A stretch of DNA of 64,000 bases from Terriglobia bacterium (GTDB lineage: Bacteria; Acidobacteriota; Terriglobia; JAJPHL01), in NCBI GenBank assembly GCA_021325275.1, contig JAJPHL010000035.1, forward strand, positions 54,916 to 118,915. Direction: 5' to 3'. The notes beneath the pieces were generated by a model. The model had not been told where the DNA came from and did no database searches. It worked only from the letters and a program-made list of their open reading frames with translations. Below are positions 40,753 through 49,028 of the stretch, piece by piece (the stretch's first letter is position 1; each line of letters starts with the position of its first letter). A program made the position numbers and the translations under genes.

Positions 40753-43293
40753 ATGTTAACACAGTCTTTTTGCGCCCTCGTCGCGCCCCGCCATTTCCAT
40801 CAGCGACTCGCCCGAACCCGTATTGTGGTCGCTTTCATTCTCGCGTTTCTCATGGCCGCTCCTCCCGCACCCGCGTCGGTGTTTGGAGGCGCGGGCAGCG
40901 GCGAATTCAAGGCCGCACAGAAGGCCGAAGCCGCCGGCAATCTCGACCTTGCCACCGAGCTTTATCAAAAAGCCTTCGAAAAAGACCGCAAGAACATGAA
41001 CTACGAAACGGCCTTGCGCCGCACACGCTTTGCGGCGGGCATGAAGCACGTGGACAACGGTCACAAGCTGCGCGACCAGAACAAACTGGACGAAGCGCTC
41101 GAGGAATTCCGCAAAGCGCGGTTGATCGATCCTTCTACCTCGATCAGCGAGCAGGAAATCAACCGGACGCTGCAAATGATCGAGACGCTGAAGGCCAACG
41201 CCGCCGCCGAACCGCTGACGCCGCAGCAAAAAGAGAAAAAAGAATACGAGATTCGCATGCAGCGCGCCGAAGGGCCGCCGGAGTTGAAGCCGTTTTCGCG
41301 CTCGCCCATCAACGTGCGCATGACCAACGAGTCGAAAACAATTTTCGAGACCATCGGGCGGTTGGCCGGCGTCAACGTGCTCACCGATCCCGATTATCAG
41401 AGTCGCCGGATCACGGTGGACCTGGCGAACAGCACGCTGGAAGACGCCCTCGACTACGCCAGCATTCTCTCGAAAACAAAGTGGGCGCCGCTGAACGAAA
41501 ACACCATCGTGATCTATCAGGACAGTCGCGCGCGCGACCATGATCCGCTGATCATGAAGACGTTCTACCTCACCAACACCGTGAAGGACACCGAGATCAC
41601 CGAAATCACGCAGGTGTTGCGCAACATGCTTGAGAACATCAAGCTGATGCAGGTGAATTCGCAGAACGCCATCGTGATCCGCGCCACGCCGGACCAAATG
41701 GCGGTGGCGGAAAAAATTATCGCCGATATCGACAAGGCGAAGTCGGAAGTGGTGGTCGATGTAACGGTGTTGGCCGTGGAGCGCGACTTGAGCAAAACGC
41801 TCGGCATCACGCCCGTTTCCGGCGGCGCGCCGGGACTCACGCTGCCGGCCTCGTTCACCGGCGGCATCGCGGGCGCGGCCGCTTCCACGGTGGGCACGAC
41901 CACCGGCAACACAACCACCACCCCAACGACGGGCACGGGAACCACCGGCAGCACCACCGGAAACGTGATTCCCTTAAGCCAGCTTCCGCATCTCAGCATC
42001 AATCAGTGGAGCACCACGCTGCCCGGCGCGTCGCTCACCGCGATCCTGAGCGATGGTCACACCAAGATTCTGCAGAATCCGCAAGTGCGCGCCTCGGATG
42101 GACAAACCGCGAAACTCCGCGTGGGCGAACGCGTGCCGATCGCCACGGGAACTTTTTCCACCGGCATCGTCGCCACGGGCGGATTGCCCGCCGCACAAAC
42201 GTCGTTCCAGTACACCGACGTCGGCGTGATCATGGAAATTACGCCGCGCGTCAACGGAATCCATGAAGTGTCGTTGAAGCTGGTGATCGAAATTTCCGCA
42301 GTGAACTCCTACGTCACGATCGGCGGCGTGCAACAGCCGGTGATCGGGCAGCGCCGCGTGGAACAGGATATTCGCCTGAAGGAAGGCGAGATCAACGTGC
42401 TCGGCGGAATTATCCAGGATCAAACGTCGATCACCAAGGCGGGCGTACCGCTCTTGGGATCGCTGCCGTTGATCGGACACTTCTTCTCGCAGGATCAAAC
42501 CACGGTCTCGCAAAGTGAAGTGCTGATCGTGCTGACGCCGCACATCGTGCGCAGCGCGGATGTTTCCGAGCTGAACCTGCGCGGCATCGACACCGGCACC
42601 GCGACGAACACGCAAGTGCGCTATCGCGGCGTCGCGATGCAGGAAACGGCGCCGGGTGCGCCACCTACGAATACACCAAGTTCCGCGCCGAATGCGCCGG
42701 CAGCGACAGGCACCACGTCTCCATTGTCTGGCGCGCCGTCCGGCGCAGTGCCTGGCGCGCCGGCCACGGGTGGTGGTGCCGCGGTTGGTGCAGCGCCGAC
42801 GCCGGGCGTGTCGGCGGTGCCTGGTGCAGCGGCCAATCCAACAGCTCCGGCGGCGGTGGATGCGTCAACAGGTCCGATGCAGTTGCGTTTCCGCGAAAAC
42901 AATGTGAACGCCGTGGTTGGTACGAGCTTCTCGCTGAATCTTGAATTGGTGAATGCGCAAGACGTGAACGCCGTGCCGTTCCAGTTGCGCTTCGATCCGA
43001 AAGTGCTGAAGTTGCTGACCACCGTCTCCGGCGACTTCCTCGACAAAGACGGCCAGCGCTCCAGCATGGTCCCGACCATCGACGCCAACACAGGCACCGG
43101 CATGATCGCGCTGACGCGTCCACCGACTGCGCCGGGTGTTTCCGGCACGGGACGTCTGGTAACGCTGACCTTCGAGCCGATCGCCGCCGGTTCGGCGTCG
43201 GTGCAGGTGTTCGGCGGGACGGCGCGAGGTCCCGGGCATGAACCGAAACCATTGGCGGCCTCCGCGGCGTCCATTACAGTGAAAGACAAATGA
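40753..43293 (+). CDS. Secretin (GspD-like) with N-terminal TPR and C-terminal cohesin-like domain
   Basis: ILQNPQVRASDGQTAKLRVGERVP, YTDVGV, GVPLLGSLPLIGHFF and LTPHIV motifs; Pro/Ala linker, then FQLRFDPKVL..GTGRLVTLTF. Confidence 0.88.
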   Translation: MLTQSFCALVAPRHFHQRLARTRIVVAFILAFLMAAPPAPASVFGGAGSGEFKAAQKAEAAGNLDLATELYQKAFEKDRKNMNYETALRRTRFAAGMKHVDNGHKLRDQNKLDEALEEFRKARLIDPSTSISEQEINRTLQMIETLKANAAAEPLTPQQKEKKEYEIRMQRAEGPPELKPFSRSPINVRMTNESKTIFETIGRLAGVNVLTDPDYQSRRITVDLANSTLEDALDYASILSKTKWAPLNENTIVIYQDSRARDHDPLIMKTFYLTNTVKDTEITEITQVLRNMLENIKLMQVNSQNAIVIRATPDQMAVAEKIIADIDKAKSEVVVDVTVLAVERDLSKTLGITPVSGGAPGLTLPASFTGGIAGAAASTVGTTTGNTTTTPTTGTGTTGSTTGNVIPLSQLPHLSINQWSTTLPGASLTAILSDGHTKILQNPQVRASDGQTAKLRVGERVPIATGTFSTGIVATGGLPAAQTSFQYTDVGVIMEITPRVNGIHEVSLKLVIEISAVNSYVTIGGVQQPVIGQRRVEQDIRLKEGEINVLGGIIQDQTSITKAGVPLLGSLPLIGHFFSQDQTTVSQSEVLIVLTPHIVRSADVSELNLRGIDTGTATNTQVRYRGVAMQETAPGAPPTNTPSSAPNAPAATGTTSPLSGAPSGAVPGAPATGGGAAVGAAPTPGVSAVPGAAANPTAPAAVDASTGPMQLRFRENNVNAVVGTSFSLNLELVNAQDVNAVPFQLRFDPKVLKLLTTVSGDFLDKDGQRSSMVPTIDANTGTGMIALTRPPTAPGVSGTGRLVTLTFEPIAAGSASVQVFGGTARGPGHEPKPLAASAASITVKDK

Positions 43294-43772
43294 TGCGGCT
43301 GGCTTTTCAATCGCGGCAAGCGAGCGAGCGCGGCATGTCGCTCGTGGAGTTGATCGTGTCCTGCACGATCCTCCTGGTGCTAACGATGCTGGCGCTGCCT
43401 CTGGCGCGCGTGCGCATCAAGCGCTCGAAGGAAGCGGAACTGCGCTACGATCTGCGCGAAATGCGCGAGGCGATCAATCGCTACAAGGACGCTTCCGATC
43501 GCGGATTGATTCAGGTGAAGGTCGGCACGGAGGGTTATCCGCCGGATTTGGAAACGCTGGTGAAGGGCGTCGACGTCGTGGGTCAGGTGGACAAGAAATT
43601 CCGCTTTCTGCGGCGCATTCCCATGGACCCCATGACCCATTCCACCGAGTGGGGCATGCGCTCGATGCAGGACGATCCCACGTCCAGCTCGTTTGGCGGA
43701 CAAAACGTTTTCGATGTATTCACGAAGAGTCAGGACAAGGCGCTCGATGGAACGAAATATGCAGACTGGTAA
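43290..43772 (+). CDS. Type II secretion/type IV pilin-like pseudopilin
   Basis: Prepilin motif RG|MSLVEL; GYPPDLETLVKG and FLRRIPMDP motifs. Confidence 0.88.
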   Translation: MMRLAFQSRQASERGMSLVELIVSCTILLVLTMLALPLARVRIKRSKEAELRYDLREMREAINRYKDASDRGLIQVKVGTEGYPPDLETLVKGVDVVGQVDKKFRFLRRIPMDPMTHSTEWGMRSMQDDPTSSSFGGQNVFDVFTKSQDKALDGTKYADW

Positions 43773-44157
43773 CGCGCGGCGCGGCTTCACGATCCTCGAA
43801 CTGGTGGTCGTCATGGCGATCATCGTGACGCTGGTGGCCATTGGTGTGCCCACGTACACCAAGTCGATCATCCGCGCGCGCGAGGCCGTGCTGCACGATC
43901 AGCTCTTCACCATGCGTCAAATGATCGACGAATACACAATGGACAAACAGCAAGCGCCGCAGTCGCTCGACGACCTGGTTTCCGAAGGCTATTTGCGCGA
44001 AATCCCCAAGGATCCGATTACGAACTCGCGTTCGTCGTGGAAAATCGACATGGAGGATTCTCTGAAAGCCGCCGACCAAACACAGCCCGGCATGGTGGAC
44101 GTTCACAGCGGCGCGACCGGCACGTCCCTCGACGGGACGGCGTATTCCACTTGGTAG
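43759..44157 (+). CDS. GspG-like pseudopilin
   Basis: Prepilin motif RG|FTILEL; PQSLDDLVSEGYLREIPKDP. Confidence 0.88.
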   Translation: MQTGNARRGFTILELVVVMAIIVTLVAIGVPTYTKSIIRAREAVLHDQLFTMRQMIDEYTMDKQQAPQSLDDLVSEGYLREIPKDPITNSRSSWKIDMEDSLKAADQTQPGMVDVHSGATGTSLDGTAYSTW

Positions 44158-44194
44158 CGTCACTGGAACACGGAAAAGGCCTGTTCCAATAACG

Positions 44195-46093
44195 CTAGTC
44201 TTCCAGCATCCGCCGGATACGCATCAATTCCCCCAGCGACCAAGCTTGGAACGGACATCCCGCCGGTGTGTGCGGCGCGTCGCCGTCGGCAATTTCCGGA
44301 ACGTGACCGAGGCCGTATTCTTCGAGTCGCGCTCGCAGCGGTTCGAAGAAGCGCACGCGTGCTTCGTTCTTCGCCGCGGCCGAATCAAAAGCCGAACTTC
44401 GGCTGGATGGGCCTGCCGATTCGTTGCGCACGCGCAGCCACGCTTCCACGAACGCTCCCATGAGCCACGGCCACGCGGTGCCATTGTGGTATGCGGCGTC
44501 GCGATCGGCGGGCGATCCGGTGTAGTGCGGCGCGTATCCGGGCGATCCGGGCGCGAGCGTGCGCAATCCCAGCGGCGTGAGCAGGCGTTTTTCTACGGCG
44601 TCCACCACGCGACGCGCCGGCGGGCCCGAGAGAATCGCCAACGGCAATCCGCCGACGGCGAAAATCTGATTCGGCCGGAACGATTCGTCCGCGGGATCGG
44701 CGACGTCCAGCAAATATCCGCGCGACTCGCTCCAGAATTTCGCGAAGAACGCCGCGCACCCGCGCTCGAATTCGTCGGTGCGTCCGGCGAGTTTCAACGC
44801 GTTCAACCACAGTGCTTGAATTTCCACGGGCTTGCCGACACGCGGCGTCATCGCGTGGCCGTTGGCGCGCGCGTCCATCCATGTAAGCTGCGATCCCGGC
44901 TCGCCGGCGGCCAACAATCCGTCGGCATCCATGCGGATTCCAAAGCGCGTGCCCGCGGTGTAGCCGTCGAGGATCGCGTGGGCCGCGGCGACGATGCGCT
45001 TCTTGTCTTCCCGGCCCAAAGCCAAGCGGCGAATCGTCTCAAAGGCGGCGATCACGAACCACAGCGACGCGTCGACGGAGTTGTACTCGGGAGCGCTCCC
45101 GAAATCGGCGAAGCGATTCGGCAGCATGCCTTGCGAAACGCATCCTGACCACTCGCGCAGGATCGCGGCAGCGACTTTGGGTCCGCACAAACCGCGCACG
45201 GAAATGAATGTGTCGCGCCCCCAGTCGGTGAACCAGGGATAGCCCGCGACAATCGTTTGCCCCTTACCGCGGCGGACCACGTAGGCGCGCGCCGCGCGAT
45301 CCATCGCGTCGCGCAACGGCCGGCGCCGACGCGCTTCCGACACCATGATCACGCGATGGGCGGGCGCGTTGCGATCGGTGGATAGCGTGATGAAGGAATC
45401 GGTGGACGTTAGGTCGAACCACAACGCGCCCGGCACAGCGAGGTCTTCGGTGGCATCGAGTCCGCGATGCGCTTCTTGAGTGTAGAAGAAGTGGCGATAC
45501 CAATTGGGCGCGTGTTCGTAAGACCCGTTGGTCCGCACGCAAATTTCCGGCACGCCGTCATAGGGGCGCCAAACGAGCAGCGCGCCGGGCTTCCCGGCAT
45601 TTTCGGTGCGCTCGGGATCGAAGCGAAACGCGGGATTCTCTTTGTGCAGCGCGTGATAGTCGCGTCCGGAAAACAGCAGACGTACGCACAATCGCGCCGG
45701 ACTCTTTGACCCGCTGGTCGCCGCGCCCATGAGTCGCCAGCGCATCGTGACCGTCGGCGAGTTCTGCACGGCGACGATTTCGTGTTCCACGCGCGTGCCA
45801 TCGTCAAGGCGATAGATCCAGCGCGGCCAGGGGCGATAGTGAAACTCGCGAATGCGCTGCGCGCCGTCGGGATGCACCACGTCACCGGCATAGCGCTGCG
45901 AGGAAATCGGATACGTGCCGGCGCTGGTGGTTACCGACGCTTCCAGTCCGTTCACCAGCACGAATCGGCCGGTCGGAGGAGTTGTGGCCGCCAGCAGCAG
46001 CGCGTGATAGCGCCGCGTGCGGATTCCGCAAACCGTGCCGGAGGCGAATCCGCCAAGACCATCGGTTTCCAGCCACTCGGAGTCAGGATGCAT
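44195..46093 (-). CDS. Amylo-alpha-1,6-glucosidase / glycogen debranching enzyme family
   Basis: EWLETDGLGGFASGT, AGYPWFTDWGRDT, QLTWMD, YHNGTAWPW and GCPFQAWS motifs. Confidence 0.9.
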   Translation of the reverse strand: MHPDSEWLETDGLGGFASGTVCGIRTRRYHALLLAATTPPTGRFVLVNGLEASVTTSAGTYPISSQRYAGDVVHPDGAQRIREFHYRPWPRWIYRLDDGTRVEHEIVAVQNSPTVTMRWRLMGAATSGSKSPARLCVRLLFSGRDYHALHKENPAFRFDPERTENAGKPGALLVWRPYDGVPEICVRTNGSYEHAPNWYRHFFYTQEAHRGLDATEDLAVPGALWFDLTSTDSFITLSTDRNAPAHRVIMVSEARRRRPLRDAMDRAARAYVVRRGKGQTIVAGYPWFTDWGRDTFISVRGLCGPKVAAAILREWSGCVSQGMLPNRFADFGSAPEYNSVDASLWFVIAAFETIRRLALGREDKKRIVAAAHAILDGYTAGTRFGIRMDADGLLAAGEPGSQLTWMDARANGHAMTPRVGKPVEIQALWLNALKLAGRTDEFERGCAAFFAKFWSESRGYLLDVADPADESFRPNQIFAVGGLPLAILSGPPARRVVDAVEKRLLTPLGLRTLAPGSPGYAPHYTGSPADRDAAYHNGTAWPWLMGAFVEAWLRVRNESAGPSSRSSAFDSAAAKNEARVRFFEPLRARLEEYGLGHVPEIADGDAPHTPAGCPFQAWSLGELMRIRRMLED

Positions 46094-46123
46094 GGCCTAC
46101 GCAATCTAAGGTAGCATTATTGA

Positions 46124-46321
46124 ATGGCTCACAGTTTTTCTCCGAACGAGCACGAGTTGGAGCCGCAACCGGCATCGGGCCGATCCGGCCGCGGAGGGAC
46201 GCGCCGCCCTCGTACGGCGGCCGCCGTCCTCGAAATGCCCGATCCGCCCGAGCGCACGCGCACCAGCACCTTGATGGATCGCTTGCGCGGATTGTTCTCG
46301 CGAAGGCGGAAGCGGAAATAG
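46124..46321 (+). CDS. Hypothetical small protein with C-terminal amphipathic basic helix
   Basis: 65 aa ORF filling a gap; TAGCAT 6 nt before the ATG; LMDRLRGLFSRRRKRK tail. Confidence 0.5.
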   Translation: MAHSFSPNEHELEPQPASGRSGRGGTRRPRTAAAVLEMPDPPERTRTSTLMDRLRGLFSRRRKRK

Positions 46322-46372
46322 GTCGAGCGGGCAAGCGCCGATAGCGATATCGATCTCATAAAGCGGTGTGTC

Positions 46373-46505
46373 CAGGTTTTCTCTGCGCCTCTGCGTCTCT
46401 GCGGTGAAAGAACCGCTCGTGGGTGAAATCCTCGTGGGACACGGGCGTAACGACAGGCCTCAGGGGTTTTTCACCGCAGAGACGCAGAGACGCAGAGAAA
46501 ACCTG
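46373..46505. repeat. Palindromic intergenic repeat (CACCGCAGAGACGCAGAG family)
   Basis: caggttttctctgcgcctctgcgtctctgcggtgaaa / tttcaccgcagagacgcagagacgcagagaaaacctg near-perfect inverted arms of 8-bp units. Confidence 0.9.
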
Positions 46506-46560
46506 TTCGGACTCCGCCCGCGATCTGCACAACGCCAGATTCGCGATAAACTATCGAGCG

Positions 46561-47466
46561 ATGCCGCAATCTCGAAACGTCACGGTTGGCGCGATTCAGA
46601 TGAGCATGTCCCGGGATGTGCGCGAAAACTTGCGCAAAGCCGCAGATCTCGTCGCCGAAGCCGCGAAGCGCGGCGCGCAAATCGTCTGCCTACCGGAACT
46701 TTTCGGATCGCAATACTTTTGCCAGATCGAAGACGGCGCGCACTTCGACCTCGCCGAGCCGCTCTCCGGCCCGACGACCGAAACCATGTCGCGCGTTGCG
46801 AAACAAGCCGGCGTCGTTCTCGTGGTTCCGTTCTTCGAGCGCCGTGCCGCCGGCGTTTATCACAACAGCGCCGTGATTCTGGAACGCGACGGCTCCATCG
46901 CCGGGCATTATCGCAAAATGCACATTCCCGACGATCCGTCGTACTACGAAAAGTTTTATTTCACACCCGGCGATCTCGGTTTTCGGGCCATCGACACTTC
47001 GGTGGGGCGCGTCGGCGTGTTGATTTGCTGGGATCAGTGGTATCCGGAAGGGGCGCGGCTCACGGCGCTGCAAGGCGCGGAGATTTTGTTTTACCCCACG
47101 GCGATCGGGTGCTTGCCGATGGATCGCGGCGAGTACGGCGACGCGCAACGCGACGCCTGGCGCACGATTCAGCGAAGCCATGCCATCGCGAACGGTGTGT
47201 TCGTGGCCGCCGTAAATCGCGTGGGGCATGAGACGCCGAATGCGACGTCGCCCGGCATCGACTTTTGGGGATCGTCGTTCCTCTGCGATCCCATCGGCGC
47301 CGTCCTACAGCACGCCGGCGAGAAAGAGCAAATCCTCATCGCCGAATGCGATTTGAATCGCGTGGAAACGATCCGCCGCGATTGGCCTTTCCTGCGCGAT
47401 CGCCGCATCGACGCGTACGGCGGAATCACCGAGCGTTTCATCGATGCGCCACAGGGAGAGCGATAG
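46561..47466 (+). CDS. aguB: Carbon-nitrogen hydrolase, N-carbamoylputrescine amidase
   Basis: LPELF, YRKMHIPDDP..EKFYFTPGD and ICWDQWYPE (E-K-C triad); adjacent to agmatine deiminase. Confidence 0.88.
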   Translation: MPQSRNVTVGAIQMSMSRDVRENLRKAADLVAEAAKRGAQIVCLPELFGSQYFCQIEDGAHFDLAEPLSGPTTETMSRVAKQAGVVLVVPFFERRAAGVYHNSAVILERDGSIAGHYRKMHIPDDPSYYEKFYFTPGDLGFRAIDTSVGRVGVLICWDQWYPEGARLTALQGAEILFYPTAIGCLPMDRGEYGDAQRDAWRTIQRSHAIANGVFVAAVNRVGHETPNATSPGIDFWGSSFLCDPIGAVLQHAGEKEQILIAECDLNRVETIRRDWPFLRDRRIDAYGGITERFIDAPQGER

Positions 47467-48522
47467 TTGACGCCGTTCGAACTGGGATTCCGCTTCCCCG
47501 CCGAATGGACGCCGCACGCCGCCACTTGGATCGGCTGGCCGCACAACGAATCCGATTGGCCCAAACGATTTGAAAAAATCCCGGCCGTGTACGTCGAGAT
47601 CGTGCGGGGACTGGTGCGCGGCGGCGAGAACGTCAACATTCTCGTGAACTCGGCAGCGCACGAACAAGGAGCCGTGACGCTGCTCGCGCTGGGGGGCGTC
47701 GACATCTCAACGGTGAGATTCTTCCGGTGGCCGACAAATCGCGGATGGCTGCGTGACTTTGGGGCGATTTGCGTGCGGAACGGGAAAACGGGGGAAGTCG
47801 CACCGATTCGTTTTCGCTTCAACGCCTGGGCCCGCTACGACGATTACGAGCTCGACGATGCGGCCGGCGCGGAAATCGTGAAGACAATCGGCGGGCGAGT
47901 CTTCACCGCCAATCTCGACGGACGCGATGTTGTCCTCGAAGGCGGCGGCATCGACGCCAACGGTCTCGGCACACTGCTCACGACGGAAGAATGGCTGCTC
48001 GATCCCAAGACGCAAGTGCGCAATCCCGGCTTCACGCGCCGCGATTACGAACAGCTCTTCCACGATTACCTCGGCGCAACCAACGTTCTGTGGCTCGGCA
48101 AAGGCGTCGCCGGGGACGACACGCATGGTCACGTGGACGACATCTGCCGCTTTGTGAACGAGAAAACCGTGGTCCTGGCGATGGAATACGATTCCAGCGA
48201 CGAGAACTACCGGCCGCTGCAAGAAAATCGCGAGCGCGCGCGCGGCTTCCGCACCGAGTCCGGTGAAAAAATTGAAGTGGTGGAACTGCCGCTTCCCTCC
48301 GCGATCACGCAGGACGACGAACGCTTCCCGGCGAGCTACGCGAATTTCTACATCGCGAATTCCGCCGTGCTCGTGCCGGCGTTCGATCATCCCAACGACG
48401 CGAAAGCGCTCGGCATCCTCAGTGAATTATTCACCGGCCGCACGATCATCCCGATCGCCGCGGAAGATTTAGTGCTCGGCAACGGCACACTCCACTGCTT
48501 GAGTCACGAACAGCCGCGTTAA
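47467..48522 (+). CDS. aguA: Agmatine deiminase family protein
   Basis: PAEW, WLRDFG, LEGG, DDTHGHVDD, ASYANF and GTLHC motifs. Confidence 0.92.
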   Translation: MTPFELGFRFPAEWTPHAATWIGWPHNESDWPKRFEKIPAVYVEIVRGLVRGGENVNILVNSAAHEQGAVTLLALGGVDISTVRFFRWPTNRGWLRDFGAICVRNGKTGEVAPIRFRFNAWARYDDYELDDAAGAEIVKTIGGRVFTANLDGRDVVLEGGGIDANGLGTLLTTEEWLLDPKTQVRNPGFTRRDYEQLFHDYLGATNVLWLGKGVAGDDTHGHVDDICRFVNEKTVVLAMEYDSSDENYRPLQENRERARGFRTESGEKIEVVELPLPSAITQDDERFPASYANFYIANSAVLVPAFDHPNDAKALGILSELFTGRTIIPIAAEDLVLGNGTLHCLSHEQPR

Positions 48523-48562
48523 TCCACTTCATCACGATTATTCATTGGATGTTTCACGGGCG

Positions 48563-48579
48563 GCGGCGTTAACGTTGCT
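48563..48579 (+). promoter_or_regulatory. Candidate sigma54 (-24/-12) promoter of the nitrite operon
   Basis: CGGCGT-TAACG-TTGCT: GG(48565-66)-N10-GC(48577-78), about 50 nt before the first ATG. Confidence 0.5.
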
Positions 48580-48629
48580 GCAACGAAAGACATTGAACAG
48601 GGCTCTGGGGTTGTTCGTGGAGGCTGGAA

Positions 48630-49028
48630 ATGAATTCAACTGCCCTGAAAGAAGTCATCGCGATTCTCCGGCCGGAACGTTGGCCGGCGGTGAAGAGCCG
48701 CTTGGACCGCTTGCCCGTGGCGTATTCGCAATGCCGCGTGCTCGGCCGCCGCCGTCATGGATCGCTGCGGTACCTGCCGCGAACCGGCGCCCGCCCCACC
48801 GTGATCAACCATCTTCCGCAGCGCATGATCTGCTGCGAGGTGGAGGAATCACTGCTCGATTGGGTGTTGCAAGCGTTCCAAGCGGATTGCACGGGCCGCG
48901 CCGGTGACGGTTTCGTTTTCGTGTTGCCGGTGGAGGCATCTTACCCGCTGGACGCGGAAAGTTTCGTGACGCTCGGCGCGCCGTCGCCGATTCCGGCCAC
49001 GGGGAACATCGTTCATGCAGCCCGGTAA
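48630..49028 (+). CDS. Degenerate PII-family protein (NifI2-like)
   Basis: KEVIAILRP, VLGR, LPQRM and TGRAGDGFVFVLPV motifs; GGAGG RBS. Confidence 0.75.
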   Translation: MNSTALKEVIAILRPERWPAVKSRLDRLPVAYSQCRVLGRRRHGSLRYLPRTGARPTVINHLPQRMICCEVEESLLDWVLQAFQADCTGRAGDGFVFVLPVEASYPLDAESFVTLGAPSPIPATGNIVHAAR

